Assembly: GCA_964016885.1 (NCBI GenBank)
Contig: OZ024745.1
Span: forward strand, 11,036,001-11,100,000
DNA length: 64,000 nucleotides
Direction: 5' to 3'
Source of the DNA: Eledone cirrhosa
Lineage: Eukaryota
Shown: positions 15,079 through 25,600 of the stretch, in pieces
How positions within the stretch are numbered: the stretch's first letter is position 1
How the letters are laid out: the number at the start of each line of letters is the position of its first letter
Made by a program: the position numbers and the translations under genes
The notes under the pieces: model-generated
The model's database searches: none
Seen by the model: only the letters and a program-made list of their open reading frames with translations
Told to the model about the DNA's origin: nothing

Positions 15079-15339
15079 CTGAAATTCACAGACAGACAGA
15101 CAGACACATTTCTGTTTATTTGCCACGAGGGCACAAAAGAAAGGGACACATACATGGGGAGAGGGAGGTTACATAGAAATCGAGTAAAAATGTAATAACA
15201 AATAAAATTATAACAAAAAGGTCCTCAAAAGGGAGGGATCGTTTTGGGGTCACACACACCCCCGAAAAAAAAATGTGCGACCCTTCTCCACGGGAGCACA
15301 AAGAGCGGGTGCTCCGTTCTTCCTCCATCCTTTTTCTAC

Positions 15340-18300
15340 CTACAGGCTAAGATAGAGAGAAGGCCCATTCACACAGGCCATTCTCGCAACTTTCACCCAC
15401 CTTTCATAAAACTGGCTGGGGTGGAGCACCTCTATCTCCATCCTGATCCTTCTTCCGAAATGGTATCGGAAGAAAAGGACCAGTTGTTGGCCGGAAAGAA
15501 AGGTGTCCGACCTCAGCCCTTTTAGACGCGTCCACCATACAACCTCTTTTACCATGGCTATTACACAGAGGAAGACCGCTTCTACTTCATTTTTGAAGCG
15601 GGGAGGCGGCTTGATCGTTGCAATGGACTCGGTGGTCAACCTAATTGGTCCCACCCGTGACAGCATTTGTTTGACATAGCCCCACAGATCGGCAACGCCG
15701 GGGGACTACACCAATGTGCGCGCGACGGTTTCCTCGTCGCGCACGCATCTGGGACAGGTCTTTTTCGAGGGGTCCCTACCCGGTCGCCCGTGTCTGTAGA
15801 GCTTATCCTGCCAGGCCAAGGACTTCTGGAAGTTGTTCATAGGTCCCGGGACGAAAGTCCTACCAAATAGACTGGCCAGTTCGTCCTCCTCCATGCCTAG
15901 GGGTTCTCCGAGGGCGTCGTCGCACCTGCTAACCACCAGCCCTCTATAGAATAAGGAGGTGGAGTCTCCACCGATAGCCGGGTCCGCCTGCCAGAGAGCC
16001 GTGAGCGCCTGGGCACACTCGGTGTGCCAGTCGCCCAGTTTTCTCGGTCTTTGCTTCACCCAGGACTGCAGCTCGGTGAGCGAGACGAGCCTCGGGAAGG
16101 CTCGCCTCACAAACGGGGCCCACACCGGTTGACCGGTAAGGAATACCTGGAGGTGCCATAGCCTCAATGCGTGTTTACGCATTTTTAGCCACGGCATCCC
16201 CAGCCCTCCTTTCAAAGGGTGTTGACAGCAGATGGATCTCCTCACCAGAGGAGACCTCTTCTTCCAAAGGAAGTGAAAGAGAGCGCGCTCCATTTTGGCG
16301 AGGATCTCACCCGGGCAAGGCACGACAGTCAAGCGGTAATAGATGACGGACGCTATGTAAGCGTTCGCCCTCCGCCCGACCTTTCAGGGATAGTTTGCAC
16401 TCGGCCCACTACTGGGTTAGTGCAAACACCCTATCCGTCACCTCACCCCAGTTTTTCTCCACCTGGAGGTCCGGTCCGAACCAGACCCCAAGCAACTTCA
16501 CCGGGCCCACCGTCCACCGTCGGAAGACATCGGTTTGCCCCTCCACTCGCCGAGTTGCAAAGCGACTGACTTGTCCCGGTTCTGCTTAGCCCCTGTCAAC
16601 CTTTCGTACTCCTCCAGTAAGGTGCCGACTGCCCCGATTTCCGCGGTGGTCGACACCATTACTGTTACGTCATCGGCGTAGGCCGACACCGCTTTGCGCA
16701 ATCCCGGTTCCAAAGGGATGCCCTGCAACAACTCCAACTTCCGCAGTAGTGGCTCGGAAGCCAATACATACAGAAGGGAGGAGAGAGGGCACCCCTGTCG
16801 AATGGAGCGGGTGATTTCGAACGTCTCCAAGATGTAGCCGTTGACCTTGACTCTAGAGCAGATGCGGCTGATATGCATGGCAGTGATCGAGCCCCTGAAA
16901 ACGGGTCCGAAACCAGCCGCCGCTAGCACCGCATCCAGATAACCATGGTCCACCCTATCGAAAGCTTTAGACTGATCTAAATTTATCAGGGCCCCACCAA
17001 AGCCGGGTTCGTTCCCAACCCTCTCTATGATGTATCGCATGAGGTGGAGGTTGTCGTGGATGGACCTGGACGGGATAGCGCATGTCTGCGCATCTCCCAC
17101 CAGGCTACCCACGACAAGCGCCAACCTCTTCGCTAATACCTTGGCCAAAATCTTTAACTCTGCATTTAGCAGAGTTATGGGCCTAAAATTACTAATGTCA
17201 TCCTCCTTGTTCTCGTCCTTCCTCACTAGCGAGACTACGCCCTTGGTCACAGAACAGGGAATTCTCCCGTTCTGTTGCCAGTCGCAGTAGACCGCCTCGA
17301 GGAGATCGGGGAACAAGTCCGGCATATTAATATATAGTTCGTAGGGCAGACCATCGAGGCCTGGAGATTTGCGTTTGCCGCATAGGCTTAGCACGTCCCC
17401 TATTTCAGCAGCTGAGATCGGCCCGTCGCAGGACTTCGCCTCCTCGTCCGAAAGACGCGGCAGGCCGTCGAGGTATGGACCGAAATCCCCATCCCCAACC
17501 GGCCCCCCGCCCCTCCCGAACAATCGGGAAAAGTGCCTTTGAAAGGCCTCGCACATTTGCTTAAGTTCAAGGATCACCCGTCCATCCTGGTGTCGCAAGA
17601 CCGGATAGTGGATCTAATCCCACTTTTGGCTTCTGTCACGCGGGCTCAGCTAACAGCTTTGGTCCCCTCGTTTCCCAGAGCACGTATTTTGCTTCGGACA
17701 ACGCAGCCTTCGTGTTTCGCGTCGAAGAACTGGTTCAAGGCCGTTCTCGACGCTTGCACTCTGGCCACGTTGCCGCTTCTCATTGCCTCTTCAACATTAA
17801 CTACCAACTCCTTTTCCTTCCTATTTCTATCTGAGGCTAACTCCTTACTAACTCCTATTGAAAATATTCTAATCTCTCTTTTCAGAGAGCCCTACCACCT
17901 GCTGTTGACGATGGCGCCCGTCAACCGCTCCTTAACTAAGGTTCTAATCCGGTCCCTGTAAGCTCTACTTGCCGGTAAGGACAAGTTGAGCTTCCAGTAA
18001 CCTGGTCCCTGCCTATGCGTTCTATCAAGGTGGACTATGCAGGTCACTAACTTGTGGTCTGAATAGCCCACCATGAGCATTTCGGGACAACTTAAAAAGT
18101 ACCTCTGCTTAATTCTAACTAAGAACCTATCTAGGTACGATCTAGATTGACCGCTGAGGTTTGTCCAAGTCCAGGTTAGCACAGTCGGAAAATCTAGTCG
18201 ATATCTATCGGCCAGGTCAAATGGGCCGATTAACCCCTTGAGGTTGTTACACCCCCCTCTATCGGGACATGCCCCTACATAGTCCCAACGTGCATCTAGG

Positions 18301-18729
18301 ATACCATTCCAGTCCCCCACTAAAAGCAAGGAGCGGGACGTCCCTAGAAAAGTCTCCAGACGATGGAAGAAGTCCGACCGTATTGCCCCAAAAGGGGCGT
18401 AAACGGCGACAAGCCTAAAAGCTTCGCCTTCACCACTGCCAAGGTCCAGAACCACCAGTCGACCCCTCGGGTCCAAGTGTACCGTCTGTGTAGCGAGACC
18501 CAGATGTTTTTGCAGCAGAACGACAACCCCCATCTCCGGGATGACAGAGAGATGCGTACATCTCAAAGTCATCAAAGGTGGGGGCTAGTTGTCGCACGCT
18601 GCTGATCCGGGCCTCGCAAATAACCATCACATTTATACATCGTGACCTGAGGTTCTTTAGAAGTTTAGCTTGCTTCCAAAGTGAGCCCAGGCCACGCGAA
18701 TTTAGACAACCTACTCTTAACACAGCCAT
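15340..18729 (-). pseudogene. Tx1 copy 1 ORF2 (AP-endonuclease, reverse transcriptase, CCHC finger), broken by frameshifts and stops
   Basis: Motifs across ORF fragments: CLNSRGL, VYAP, GDWN, YLDRFL, SDH (APE); KSPGLDGLP, FRPITLLN, DQSKAFDRV, RQGCPLS, YADD (RT); GGLGMP and CPRC..EET. Split over at least five ORFs. Confidence 0.93.
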
Positions 18730-18752
18730 GTTGGTGGTAAAGAAAGAGGCAC

Positions 18753-20429
18753 TTACCTCTCTGCGTCCCGGGGTCCGGGCTGTTCAGTTTCCATGGGGGT
18801 GTTGGAGGGGTTGTTCGGTAGGGTGGTGGTTTGTGGTGGTGTGGGGGTATTAGTGTGTGGAGGGGTTGGGGTGTTTGGAATTGTGTGGGTGTTTGAGGAG
18901 GGGAGGAGAAAACCTTTCAGGAGGACGCGGTTGAGTGGCCTGGTGCAGGGTGGCCCCACGTCCTCAGGGTAAATGTTTTTCAATGTTTTAAAAATGTCAA
19001 GTGGGACCTTCACCATTTTCAGGTTAGGGAGTCCCGTTGCCATTGTAAAATTCGGCCCTTCGGTTATTGTTTATTTTGTCTATTAAGTTTTTATTGTTTT
19101 TGTTTATGTATGTGTAGAGTTTTTGTGTTGTGTTTGTTTTTGTTTGTTGTTCTTGAGTGTGCTTGCGTTTTGTTGTATGTGTTGTGTTGACAGGTGGGGT
19201 TATTTTTGTTTGTGTGGTGTGTGTATGTTTTTTTCTTTTGACTTTTTGGAAGGGAGCTCCCACGTCTTCCGAGGATATGAGCTCCTCTTCCGTATTGGAG
19301 AGGAGGGGTATATTACCAGGTTGTGTTTGCACTGCGTGTGTTTTTGTATTTGTGTTCTGTGGGGAGGGGATGGGTGGGACCGTGTTTTGGGTTGTTTTCT
19401 TGAGCTGTTGTTGTTGATGTTGTTGTTGTGGTGGTTGTGGTGGTGTTGTTATTGTTTGTGGTGTTTGTAATAATGGTTTCTTTTTTATCAGTTGAGGGCA
19501 TGCCCTCTGCTTACGCAGTGGTAACACGCGGATCGCCTACCCTCAACTGAAATATTTATGTAGATCTCTCTATCTAAATGAATTCTCTGTGGGATCTTCA
19601 CTATCCTTTCTGAGCTCATCTGCACCAGAAGTTCTACGCTGGTCCCACTAAAGACCTCTCTGGGGGACTTTCCAACCGAGATTACAATGTCTTGGTCAAG
19701 GTCTAAAACGCCACAAAGTAGCCACCAAGTGTCTACTTTGGGTCTTATGCAGTGGAATTTTATTTTTTGAGACCTTCTTCCCATGTAAGACGGGAAAAAG
19801 GTGAAGTGGGTGGATACAATGGGCGCAATAGAATGTTTTTGCGCCGTTTCTTGGTCATTCATAAGCACCGAGATGCTACCGAAGAGTTTTCCTTTTTGAA
19901 TGAACAAAATGCTTTCCATTTGGTTCCTTAAAACCAGCTCTATCTCACTCTGAGACGGTTGTACTGGGGTTTTTGTAGCATTCGAGATTGTCCTGAACAC
20001 CACCGTGCTCGTGGCAATTTCTCTTTTTATTTCTTCTGGGGAATTAATGCTGAATGAACAATCGGGTTCGAAAATCACATACCTTTTTGCTTCTTCTAAC
20101 TTTTGCTTTGCGTTGGTTAAATCCAAAGGTAGGAACACTTGTGTTTCTTTTACAGTTTCCGCAAAGGAAATTTTGTTGTCGTTGTCTTTCTTGTTATTGT
20201 TGTTGTTGTCGCTGTTCACTTTGGTGTTCGTATTGGTATCGATAATTTTTCCGTTGCTGGTATTATTTCCAATTTTTGTCTTTTCGGTTGTTGTCTGTTG
20301 TTCCTTATTAACGTTTTTCGTTAAAGGAAGGGGGGGGGGGGTGCTGGGGACTTTGTGCTTTCATTTTTCCTCGAAGATTTTTTACTCTTTGGGGAGCGTG
20401 GCACTATGACTTGTATTAATGCCGTCCAT
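18753..20429 (-). pseudogene. Tx1 copy 1 ORF1 (gag-like nucleic-acid chaperone), disrupted
   Basis: ATG at 20429 (MDGINTSH, homologous to MDAISTSH of copy 2). In-frame stops occur early, followed by the CYHCVSRGH knuckle and low-complexity Q/T/P linkers. It lies directly upstream of ORF2. Confidence 0.8.
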
Positions 20430-20630
20430 TACTACAAGCTGAGTTCACAAAATTGTAAGAAGAAAACTTTCACCCCGAAAAGGGGCGAAAATAATAATAA
20501 CCCCAACGTCTGCAGGCCCAAACGAGGGGTTAAAGTATAACACAATAGAAAAATAAATCCCAAAACTCACTCTTTACAAGGCAAAACCAATGTAAAACAC
20601 AGAGCTCGTTAATACACGTCTACCTCTGTC

Positions 20631-20745
20631 GACAGACACACAGACATACAGACTGACAGACTGACAGACAGACAGACACACACAGAGACAGACACACACA
20701 CACACACAGAGGCACACAGACAGACACACACACACATATATATAT
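20631..20745. repeat. Compound (GACA)n/(CA)n/(TA)n microsatellite; target of Tx1 copy 1
   Basis: Visible simple repeats that continue the (GACA)n run at 15088-15108 on the other side of the LINE. Confidence 0.9.
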
Positions 20746-20924
20746 AAAACATCTCCAACTCCAATTTCTCTGCCTCCATATAATCTGGTCTCCACCAATC
20801 TAATCTCTTCTGACTTTACCTACTCGTTCAATAATGTTGTTTTATTTATTGAAATATTGATTTATTTACTATTCACTGATCCATTCATTCATTTATTTAT
20901 TTATTTATCTATCTATCTATATCT

Positions 20925-21630
20925 ACAGGCACGGACGCCCTGGCAGAGATCCTGCCATAAGGACCTGTCCAAGATGCGAGCAGGACATCGAAACCGTTCT
21001 GCACGCAATTGTTCAGTGCTCAGGGGTGACCGACACGTGGAATTATGTCGAACAGCTGCTGTCACGTGTGGGACGCATCCAGTTGTCAGCCGAGTTCATC
21101 GTGAGGATCACCCCGCCGCCTTCATTTAAGAACGAAGAAGAGGCGGTTTTCCTCTGTCTGGTGGCTATGGCCAAAAAGGTAATATGGTGGACGAGGTTAA
21201 AAGGACTGAGGGCAAACACCTTTCTCTCCGGACAACAACTTATCCCCTTCTTTAAGTATCACTTCAGAAGGAAGGTGAGAGTGGGGAGAGAGAGAGAGGT
21301 GCTACACCCCAGTAAATTCGCCGAAAGGTGGGTGAATGTGGCAAAAATGTCCCGAGTGAATGGGCCTTCTCTGTATATAAACCTGTAGGTTGAGGAAGAT
21401 AAACAGAGGGAAGACAGGAGCACCTACAAAACGTGTTCCTGGTTGTTCTATCCACGGGGTGTAAAACAACCCTGCAGTAACGTTCCCCACCCCCCCTATT
21501 GGGGATTTCAATTGTTATTTTATTATATATAGTTTATTGTTATTTATTAATGTTAAAGTTATTTTTATGTAAAACTACTGCCGTCTTGTAATGTCCCATG
21601 TTTGTGCGCCCCTGTGGCAAATAAAGAAAG
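20925..21630 (+). mobile_element. 5'-truncated 3' fragment of the same Tx1 family (copy 3), inverted relative to copies 1 and 2
   Basis: Encodes CPRC finger remnant and ...VFLCLVAMAKKVIWWTRLKGLR...GPSLYINL*, homologous to the ORF2 C-termini of the other copies. Ends GGCAAATAAAGAAAG and sits between (TATC)n and (TC)n. Confidence 0.92.
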
Positions 21631-21650
21631 ATATCTCTCTCTCTCTCTAT

Positions 21651-21709
<59 letters not shown>

Positions 21710-21831
21710 TATATATATATATATACTCATCTCTTTCCTGTTTGATGTAGGACTTACATAATGTTTTTTTTTTCTGCGAGACTGAATTGGATTTAATAAT
21801 ATAAAAAGAACTGTAACATTTTCTGATGCAG

Positions 21832-21903
<72 letters not shown>

Positions 21904-22123
21904 AGCTTGAGAAAGAAAGAATGAGTGGGAGAGTGTAAGAGATAATAAGGAGTGAAAAAAAAACGGGGATTAAGAGAGAAAGAGAGAGATAATAAAGGAG
22001 AGAGTCATTGGGAGAGACAGAGATTAAGTGAGAGAGAGACAGAGAGATTAAGAAAGAGAGAGAGAGAGAAGTAGAGTGAGGGAGAAAGAGAAAGAATGAG
22101 AGTGAGATAGAATACCATAAAGA

Positions 22124-22168
<45 letters not shown>
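21631..22168. repeat. Microsatellite cluster: (TC)n, (TA)n, (GA)n and degenerate GA-rich tract
   Basis: Directly visible, with a short unique island at about 21726-21831. Confidence 0.9.
21758..21781 (-). CDS. Weak candidate micro-exon (24 bp; alternative acceptor at 21810 gives 53 bp)
   Basis: Strong donor CATTAT|gtaagt at 21758/21757. Acceptors aattcag| (21782) or ttacag| (21811) follow T-rich sequence. Same strand as the 14978-15078 candidate, with joinable frames. Confidence 0.3.
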
Positions 22169-22169
<1 letters not shown>

Positions 22170-22172
<3 letters not shown>

Positions 22173-22440
22173 GAGATTATATTTAATTTGTTGGGATTCA
22201 ACAAGCTTAAACATTTTTATATCTGATACAAAGCACTCAACAAGTTAGTGGAGTAAATACACAATATATTAATAAATGGAAACTATATTTATAAAACCAT
22301 ATTTATTTCATTATACATATTTCAAGGGCAACCAAGGCAAATTATGGTGCGCTTTCATCAGATAAAATTCAGATTTGTTTTATAAATAAATATTGACATA
22401 CCCGGAAAAAAGACAACCTTAACTGTTGGAGCTTCCTGGA
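22170..22440 (-). mobile_element. Possible Penelope-like element terminal-repeat remnant carrying a degenerate hammerhead motif
   Basis: Unique 270-bp island between (TA)n runs. Minus strand reads CTGATGA-stem-GAAA-TATG-TA followed by AATAAA. No coding homology seen. Confidence 0.35.
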
Positions 22441-22669
22441 TATATATATATGTATATATATATAGAATATATATGTATAGAATATATATGTATAGTGATT
22501 ACATATATAGAGAGAATATACATATATAGAGAATATATATATATATAAACAAATTAACTTGAAAATAAAGTTTTGAGACGCGACTGTATAGGATTCTCAG
22601 GAAATGGGAAAACTCGGTGTATGGAAGCTGTTAAAATAGCAAAATACTGTGGAAGTGGCGTTGGGTAAA

Positions 22670-25600
22670 CTATTACCTGGAAGGAAGGAAGAGGTAAAAT
22701 ATTACCTGGAAGGACAGAGATCAGGGGCTAGATGTGAGTTGACTGGAAGGAAGGAAGAGGTGAAATATTACCTGGAAGGACAGAGATCAGGGGCTAGATG
22801 TGAGTTGACTGGAAAGAAGGAAGAGGTGAAATATTACCTGGAAGGACAGAGATCAGGGGCTGGATGTGAGTTGACTGGAAGGAAGGAAGAGGTAAAATAT
22901 TACCTGGAAGGACAGAGATCAGGGTCTTGATGTGAGTTGACTGGAAGGAAGAGGTAAAATATAACCTGGAAGGACAGAGATCAGGGGCTTGATGTGAGTT
23001 GACTGGAAGGAAGGAAGAGGTAAAATATTACCTCGAAGGACAGAGATCAGGGGCTAGGTGTGAGTTGACTGGAAGGAAGGAAGAGGTAAAATATTACCTG
23101 GAAGGACAGAGATCAGGGGCTAGGTGTGAGTTGACTGGAAAGAAGGAAGAGGTAAAATATTACCTGGAAGGACAGAGATCAGGAGCTAGGTGTGAGTTGA
23201 CTGAAAGGAAGGAAGAGGTAAAATATTACCTGGAAGGACAGAGATCAGGGGCTAGATGTGAGTTGACTGGAAGGAAGGAAGAGGTAAAATATTACCTGGA
23301 AGGACAGAGATCAGGGGCTAGGTGTGAGTTGACTGGAAGGAAGGAAGAAGTAAAATATTACCTGGAAGGACAGAGATCAGGGGCTAGGTGTGAGTTGACT
23401 GGAAGGAAGGAAGAGGTAAAATATTACCTGGAAGGACAGAGATCAGGGGCTTGGTGTGAGTTGACTGGAAGGAAGGAAGAGGTAAAATATTACCTGGAAG
23501 GACAGAGATCAGGGGCTAGAAGTGAGTTGACTGGAAGGAAGGAAGAGGTAAAATATTACCTGGAAGGACAGAGATCAGGGGCTAGGTGTGAGTTGACTGG
23601 AAGGAAGGAAGAGGTAAAATATTACCTGGAAGGACAGAGATCAGCGGCTGCATGTGAGTTGACTGGAAGGAAGGAAGAGGTAAAATGTTACCTGGAAGGA
23701 CAGAGATCAGGGGCTAGAAGTGAGTTGACTGGAAGGAAGGAAGAGGTAAAATATTACCTGGAAGGACAGAGATCAGGGGCTAGGTGTGAGTTGACTGGAA
23801 GGAAGGAAGAGGTAAAATATTACCTGGAAGGACAGAGATCAGCGGCTGGATGTGAGTTGACTGGAAGGAAGGAAGAGGTAAATTATTACCTGGACGGACA
23901 GAGATCAGGGGCTAGAAGTGAGTTGACTGGAAGGAAGGAAGTGGTAAAATATTACCTGGAAGGACAGAGATCAGGGGCTTGATGTGAGTTGACTGGAAGG
24001 AAGGAAGAGGTAAAATATTACCTGGAAGGACAGAGATCAGCGGCTGGATGTGAGTTGACTGGAAGGAAGGAAGAGGTAAATTATTACCTGGAAGGACAGA
24101 GATCAGGGGCTTGATGTGAGTTGACTGGAAGGAAGGAAGAGGTAAAATATTACCTGGAAGGACAGAGATCAGGGGCTTGATGTGAGTTGACTGGAAGGAA
24201 GGAAGAGGTAAAATATTACCTGGAAGGACAGAGATCAGCGGCTGGATGTGAGTTGACTGGAAGGAAGGAAGAGGTAAATTATTACCTGGAAGGACAGAGA
24301 TCAGGGGCTTGATGTGAGTTGACTGGAAGGAAGGAAGAGGTAAAATATTACCTGGAAGGACAGAGATCAGGGGCTTGATGTGAGTTGACTGGAAGGAAGG
24401 AAGAGGTAAAATATTACCTGGAAGGACAGAGATCAGCGGCTGGATGTGAGTTGACTGGAAGGAAGGAAGAGGTAAATTATTACCTGGACGGACAGAGATC
24501 AGGGGCTAGAAGTGAGTTGACTGGAAGGAAGGAAGTGGTAAAATATTACCTGGAAGGACAGAGATCAGGGGCTAGGTGTGAGTTGACTGGAAGGAAGGAA
24601 GAGGTAAAATATTACCTGGAAGGACAGAGATCAGCGGCTGGATGTGAGTTGACTGGAAGGAAGGAAGAGGTAAATTATTACCTGGACGGACAGAGATCAG
24701 GGGCTAGAAGTGAGTTGACTGGAAGGAAGGAAGTGGTAAAATATTACCTGGAAGGACAGAGATCAGGGGCTAGATGTGAGTTGACTGGAAGGAAGGAAGA
24801 GGTAAAATATTACCTGGAAGGACAGAGATCAGGGGCTAGATGTGAGTTGACTGGAAGGAAGGAAGAGGTAAAATGTTACCTGGAAGGACAGAGATCAGGG
24901 GCTAGATGTGAGTTGACTGGAAGGAAGGAAGAGGTAAAATGTTACCTGGAAGGACAGAGATCAGGGGCTAGATGTGAGTTGACTGGAAGGAAGGAAGAGG
25001 TAAAATGTTACCTGGAAGGACAGAGATCAGGGGCTAGGTGTGAGTTGACTGGAAGGAAGGAAGTGGTAAAATATTACCTGGAAGGACAGAGATCAGGGGC
25101 TTGATGTGAGTTGACTGGAAGGAAGGAAGAGGTAAAATATTACCTGGAAGGACAGAGATCAGGGGCTTGATGTGAGTTGACTGGAAGGAAGGAAGAGGTA
25201 AAATATTACCTGGAAGGACAGAGATCAGGGGCTAGATGTGAGTTGACTGGAAGGAAGGAAGAGGTAAAATATTACCTGGAAGGACAGAGATCAGGGGCTA
25301 GATGTGAGTTGACTGGAAGGAAGGAAGAGGTAAAATGTTACCTGGAAGGACAGAGATCAGGGGCTAGATGTGAGTTGACTGGAAGGAAGGAAGAGGTAAA
25401 ATGTTACCTGGAAGGACAGAGATCAGGGGCTAGATGTGAGTTGACTGGAAGGAAGGAAGAGGTAAAATGTTACCTGGAAGGACAGAGATCAGGGGCTAGG
25501 TGTGAGTTGACTGGAAGGAAGGAAGTGGTAAAATATTACCTGGAAGGACAGAGATCAGGGGCTTGATGTGAGTTGACTGGAAGGAAGGAAGAGGTAAAAT

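Larger units (their letters stand above)
15109..20630 (-). mobile_element. Near-full-length Tx1/L1-type non-LTR retrotransposon, copy 1 (degenerate, about 5.5 kb)
   Basis: ORF1 with a Zn-knuckle remnant followed by ORF2 with APE, RT and C-terminal CCHC. The 3' end is GGCAAATAAACAGAAA. Flanked by the direct repeat GACAGACACA (15099-15108 and 20631-20640), consistent with a target-site duplication. Confidence 0.95.

Noticed and set aside
20-15079. Long W/C/Y-, GV- and LELV-repeat ORFs on the minus strand
   Set aside because: Translations of the 18-bp repeat. The 13583-15079 ORF simply reads through a splice donor into the array.
20746-20840. Possible exon in the unique island after the CA/TA repeat
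   Set aside because: Open frames exist but there is no convincing acceptor-donor pair.
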